A stretch of 64,000 nucleotides of DNA, taken from the NCBI GenBank assembly GCA_965226055.1, contig CBDDCA010000006.1, positions 160,001 through 224,000 on the forward strand. Reading direction: 5' to 3'. The position numbers and the translations under genes are program-made. Positions 63,227-64,000 of this stretch are shown piece after piece. The stretch comes from Spirochaetia bacterium (lineage in GTDB: Bacteria > Spirochaetota > Spirochaetia > WTKD01 > G963693115). Below the pieces are notes generated by a model. The model saw only the letters and a list, made by a program, of their open reading frames with translations. It searched no databases and was not told the origin of the DNA. Within the stretch, counting starts at the first letter, position 1. Every line of letters begins with the position of its first letter.

Positions 63227-64000
63227 AGTGGCTACTTCACTGCGTAGGGTGTGTTGTCCTATGTGTACAAAATCTATACGAAGTGCTGCTAATAGTGTTG
63301 TTTCTGCATTGCTATACTGTCGTTCGGGTCCGATGAAATAGACAAAATGAAGTACATGCTCAACACTGTTGTTAGTATCGTTTTCATGCTCCATACAAGA
63401 CGTTTGCTCTTTATTGAATGCGGAAGTGGATGCTTGATGGGAGAATGTACGATGCAACAGTTCACAGAGTGAAGTTGCTGCGTTTTGTTGCACTATCACG
63501 GACAGAAATCTTGTAGAGGCATGTTCTTTTTGCTTGCATGTGTCAAGCAACGACAGTGCATTTTCTATTCCCACACATGTGTACACGGAGGGAACACAGC
63601 ACTCCTTGCCTTGCATAGCTCCCAACAATAACAACTCATCTGCTGTATTCCAAAACGATGCGTTTAGATAGCTTTTCTCTCCTAGTTCGGGAACATAGCA
63701 TATAATATTGCCCACTCCCATTGTACTGAGATCCCGCAGTAGTCGTGCCATTACAGGAGGACGCGGATGAGCAAGCACTATGGTAGATCTATAGCGTTTC
63801 GGAACAAACGGGATCTCTACACGAAAATGCATGTCTATGCCATCACTGTGTAGGGCTAGTATTCTTGCTGTGCCAAACCCTCTCTCAATAATGCCTGCTT
63901 CAAGCTCTGTCCCTTCTTTTGATTGCGATAATATGGTAGTAATATGTTTTGTTCGTATATCATGTGCAGAAAGATGCACACGATATGTTTGTACATCAGC
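63173..64000 (-). CDS. rsmE: 16S rRNA (uracil1498-N3)-methyltransferase (5' end beyond the window)
   Basis: LAHPRP, MGV, EKSY, FIGPERQY, IG..TLRSEVA SPOUT motifs; frame stays open to the window end. Confidence 0.85.
   Translation of the reverse strand, partial: ADVQTYRVHLSAHDIRTKHITTILSQSKEGTELEAGIIERGFGTARILALHSDGIDMHFRVEIPFVPKRYRSTIVLAHPRPPVMARLLRDLSTMGVGNIICYVPELGEKSYLNASFWNTADELLLLGAMQGKECCVPSVYTCVGIENALSLLDTCKQKEHASTRFLSVIVQQNAATSLCELLHRTFSHQASTSAFNKEQTSCMEHENDTNNSVEHVLHFVYFIGPERQYSNAETTLLAALRIDFVHIGQHTLRSEVATLIAQGTWNMLCNRGCCF

Noticed and set aside
63124-63227. Prophage/island att-site duplication at the rsmE 3' end
   Set aside because: The copies are only 30 bp apart, there is no integrase, and the insert matches a distant chromosomal 30-mer
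1-64000. tRNA or rRNA genes
   Set aside because: None recognised by eye; a covariance-model scan would be needed to exclude them

Overview
AT-rich bacterial chromosome segment, most likely from a spirochaete (cdaA-cdaR-acpS order, BDR-like protein, many lipoproteins). It carries housekeeping genes (acpS, cdaAR, femX-like, recO, fabZ, acyl-CoA ligase, rsmE), several transporters (YnjBCD-like ABC, FbpABC, TRAP, two tandem SBP+DAACS pairs) and large surface lipoproteins. It also has a TIR + membrane-protein pair, an IS30 interrupting a pentapeptide-repeat gene, and a split type II-C CRISPR-Cas locus: cas1-cas2 (+), a 77-repeat array, cas9 (-), tracrRNA. Three observations stand out. (1) Three solitary, degenerate CRISPR-repeat copies upstream of cas1 bracket whole genes as if they were gene-sized spacers. 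(2) The rsmE 3' end shows a clean footprint of off-target Cas1-Cas2 integration: a 36-bp duplication around a 30-bp insert that exactly matches 4826-4855 of this same window. (3) One array spacer mimics the anti-repeat/tracrRNA. All protein calls come from motif recognition by eye, not database searches.
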